DNA from: Fibrobacteria bacterium
Lineage (GTDB): Bacteria; Fibrobacterota; Fibrobacteria; UBA11236
Direction: 5' to 3'
DNA length: 40,216 bases
Assembly (NCBI GenBank): GCA_041746255.1
Contig: JBGTHM010000118.1
Span: 1-40,216 of the forward strand
Below, one piece after another: positions 37,904 through 40,216 of the stretch (position 1 is its first letter; each line of letters opens with the position of its first letter). The notes beneath the pieces were generated by a model. It was not told the DNA's origin and did not search any database. It saw only the letters and a program-made list of their open reading frames with translations. The position numbers and the translations under genes were made by a program.

Positions 37904-38974
37904 ATGACTACCGAGCCCATTATAACCACACATCGGCTTGCCCGAAGATGGCCGTACCGTATTTTAAACCTTTTATCTCCGGCCTTCCAGCTTAAATTTC
38001 TGACCTGGAAGTCGGGTGGGCCCGAAAGTAACACGCTTTTCGACCTGCGTCGGAACCTAATAAGCTCCCGACGCATCCTTATCGCTGCACCCGGCGACTT
38101 CCAGGAATTGGTTATCAGCCTCCCCCTCCTACAAGCCTACCAGCACAATCTACCCGGTAAAGAATTGTACCTCCTGGCAGAAGTCGGCCAAGCCTCCTTT
38201 CTGAAAGCAATTTTCTCCCCCGAGCAATTGATCTTCTACGACAATGAAGAGATTTACATCGGGGAGCCGGCCCTGGACCTGCTTACCGGACAAATCCGGG
38301 ATTTGGGGCTGGACATCATCTTTAATCTGAAACGCAACAGCTCTCCCCTTTTACAACTGGTACTTAAAGCGAGCCTCGCCCCCTTACGAATCGATATTTT
38401 CCGGCCCGAAAGTTGGCCTTTTGCGAATATCCGATTCTTACCGGGAGATCCGCCCAATTTATTGCGAACCCAGATGTTGGCTGCAAAGGTGTGGTATTAT
38501 GCCGGGATCCCCCTGCAAGGGTCCGGTCGGGTATTGCGGTCGGATAGAGGAGCTCTCGATAAGGCCGTGGCCCAGATCCGAAGTTTAGGGATCGATCCCG
38601 AGGAAACAGCCTTATTTTTATGGCAGGACCAGCCCCTGGAAAGGCAACTTGATTTGCTGAAGCAGGTTATCGCCGGAAAGGGAGGTAAGGACGGTTACCG
38701 TTCTGTGCTCATCGTTCACGGGGAAGCGGCTCCATTTTTTCTGCCGGAACTACCTGTCGACGCATCCAGCATGGCTCCTAGCCTCGCAATTACCGGCGTG
38801 GGACAGTTTCTGGCCGTAGCGGCCTCGGTGGCCGTGAATATCGGCACGCATGGAATCCTCCTTCATCTGGCCAGCCTTTGCGACAAGCCCGTCCAAGCTT
38901 TTTTTCGCAAGGAGGAAGCCTTTTACGACACCTCCTTTTTAAGGCCGCGAATGCGGGTTGCCTACTTGGAATAG
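37904..38974 (+). CDS. Glycosyltransferase family 9 (heptosyltransferase)-like protein, divergent
   Basis: RRILI...ELVISLPLLQA....P...LYLL, LDIIFNL and NIGTHGILLHLAS.CDKP.QAFF align loosely with the GT9 pattern. Confidence 0.55.
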   Translation: MTTEPIITTHRLARRWPYRILNLLSPAFQLKFLTWKSGGPESNTLFDLRRNLISSRRILIAAPGDFQELVISLPLLQAYQHNLPGKELYLLAEVGQASFLKAIFSPEQLIFYDNEEIYIGEPALDLLTGQIRDLGLDIIFNLKRNSSPLLQLVLKASLAPLRIDIFRPESWPFANIRFLPGDPPNLLRTQMLAAKVWYYAGIPLQGSGRVLRSDRGALDKAVAQIRSLGIDPEETALFLWQDQPLERQLDLLKQVIAGKGGKDGYRSVLIVHGEAAPFFLPELPVDASSMAPSLAITGVGQFLAVAASVAVNIGTHGILLHLASLCDKPVQAFFRKEEAFYDTSFLRPRMRVAYLE

Positions 38975-38982
38975 CAATGCGG

Positions 38983-40065
38983 CTAAAGAAAGCGCGCCAA
39001 GGCTTTTTGCTTTTGGACCAGCTTGACCAATTCTTTGAGCCGTGAGCTTTGGTCTTTGGGTACGACCAAAGTCACCCCTTCGTGCTGGACTATCAGCAAA
39101 TTGCTTACGCCCAGCGCCGCAACCATGCCGGAATCCGAAAAGGCGGTGACATCCTGGCATTCCAAAAGAGCGCCGTCACCCAGGACTCGATTGCCCGATA
39201 CATCGGCTTTGTGCCGCCTATCCAGCGCGGCCCAGGAACCGATGTCGTCCCAGGAAAAACGGGGAACCACCAGTTTTATTTCGGGAGCTTTCTCCAATAT
39301 TCCATAATCGATGGATACCTCGGGAAGTCTCTTATAAAGGGTATTCAATTTGGCCCCGAAGCCGCGACTGGTGGGCGCTCCCAAATCGCCGGCTTTCTCG
39401 AAAGCCTTCCATATTTCCGGCAACTGTACACGAAACCGTTCCCAGAGATAGTCGACGCGCCAGGCAAACATCCCGCTATTCCAGAAAAACCGACCGGACT
39501 CGAGGTAAGCGCGAGCGGCATCCTCACTGGGCTTTTCGTGGAAGCGGCTGACTTTAAAGGTTTTCAACCCGTTGACGGTGGAGGCCGTACCCTGTGTTTC
39601 GACATATCCGAATCCCACGTCGGGGCGCGTGGGGCTGATGCCGAAGGTCACCAGCGAATCACCCTCTGCCGCGATGGATACGGCGGCGCGCATGGCGCGA
39701 GCGAACTCGGCCCCGGGAGAAATGGCGTGATCTGCCGTTAAAACCAACATCACCCCCTGTGGGTCCTCCCGTGCAATAAGCCTAGCGGCCAGGGCGATGG
39801 CAGCGGCCGTATTTCTCCCCATCGGCTCGGCCACGATTTGGACGTTTTTTCGCCCCTTTAGGCGAGCTTTGGTCGGTTGCTCCAGGTTTTGACTGATAAT
39901 GACAAAAGTTTTTGTATTCCGACCCAAAAATTGGATATTGCCAAGGGTATCCTCCATCATGGACTTATTCGTCACCAGGGGGAGAAGTTGTTTGGGATGC
40001 TTGCTGTTGCTGTATGGCCAAAACCGCTCACCGCGGCCTCCAGCCAGAATGACGGGATAAAACAT
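38983..40065 (-). CDS. manC: Mannose-1-phosphate guanylyltransferase (no PMI/cupin domain)
   Basis: VILAGGRGERFWP.S...PKQLL, EPMGRNTA.AI, ADH.I, LVTFGI.P..P..G.GY, FHEKP, FWNSGMF, SIDYGILEK, WDDIGSW. Confidence 0.93.
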   Translation of the reverse strand: MFYPVILAGGRGERFWPYSNSKHPKQLLPLVTNKSMMEDTLGNIQFLGRNTKTFVIISQNLEQPTKARLKGRKNVQIVAEPMGRNTAAAIALAARLIAREDPQGVMLVLTADHAISPGAEFARAMRAAVSIAAEGDSLVTFGISPTRPDVGFGYVETQGTASTVNGLKTFKVSRFHEKPSEDAARAYLESGRFFWNSGMFAWRVDYLWERFRVQLPEIWKAFEKAGDLGAPTSRGFGAKLNTLYKRLPEVSIDYGILEKAPEIKLVVPRFSWDDIGSWAALDRRHKADVSGNRVLGDGALLECQDVTAFSDSGMVAALGVSNLLIVQHEGVTLVVPKDQSSRLKELVKLVQKQKALARFL

Positions 40066-40216
40066 GGGTATTTCCTGTTATTGGGATTCTGGTAAAATTT
40101 AAGGATCATTACCGGGAAAAGCAATGCCGTATCGTAATTGGAAATTGTTTCCCATTCGGATGGCCTTCCCTTCCCTATTGTGTTATTATAGCTAGACGTG
40201 TATATCCTTAATTGAC

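Overview
Bacterial chromosomal window. The best guess is Fibrobacterota/FCB-like, inferred from several secreted proteins with T9SS-like C-terminal domains together with a diderm flagellar operon and the futalosine pathway; this was not verified by a search. The left ~7.7 kb looks accessory. It holds the end of an IS21-family-like element (1-138) inserted into a CDP-sugar epimerase gene, a membrane-fused spermidine synthase-like gene preceded by a 19-codon uORF with a perfect RBS, and a convergent three-gene cassette of secreted proteins (PL7-like, DUF1593, PL14-like). Both promoter regions of that cassette share a TGT-N12-ACA palindrome. The middle holds a Yip1 protein, several hypotheticals, a ChaN-like protein, ychF, a DUF151 nuclease, a ~1370-aa T9SS-type cargo with a membrane-anchored partner, a highly structured unassigned intergenic region (19145-19385), a VIT-domain protein and nth. 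The right part holds hldD/rfaD, DUF3810, Smr, ugd, an ABC pair, flgF-flgG-flgA-flgH-flgI behind a sigma54 promoter with a 21-bp-phased upstream motif array, mqnD, mqnB, a PfkB kinase, a GAF-GAF-GGDEF cyclase, a degenerate GT9-like protein and manC. No rRNA, tRNA, CRISPR array, reverse transcriptase or phage genes were recognised. No clear-cut new system is proven. The best leads are the co-regulated lyase/DUF1593 cassette, the structured RNA candidate, the phased sigma54 enhancer array and the leader peptide. Start codons were adjusted from the ORF track where an RBS or signal peptide supported it. Family calls rest on recognising motifs by eye.
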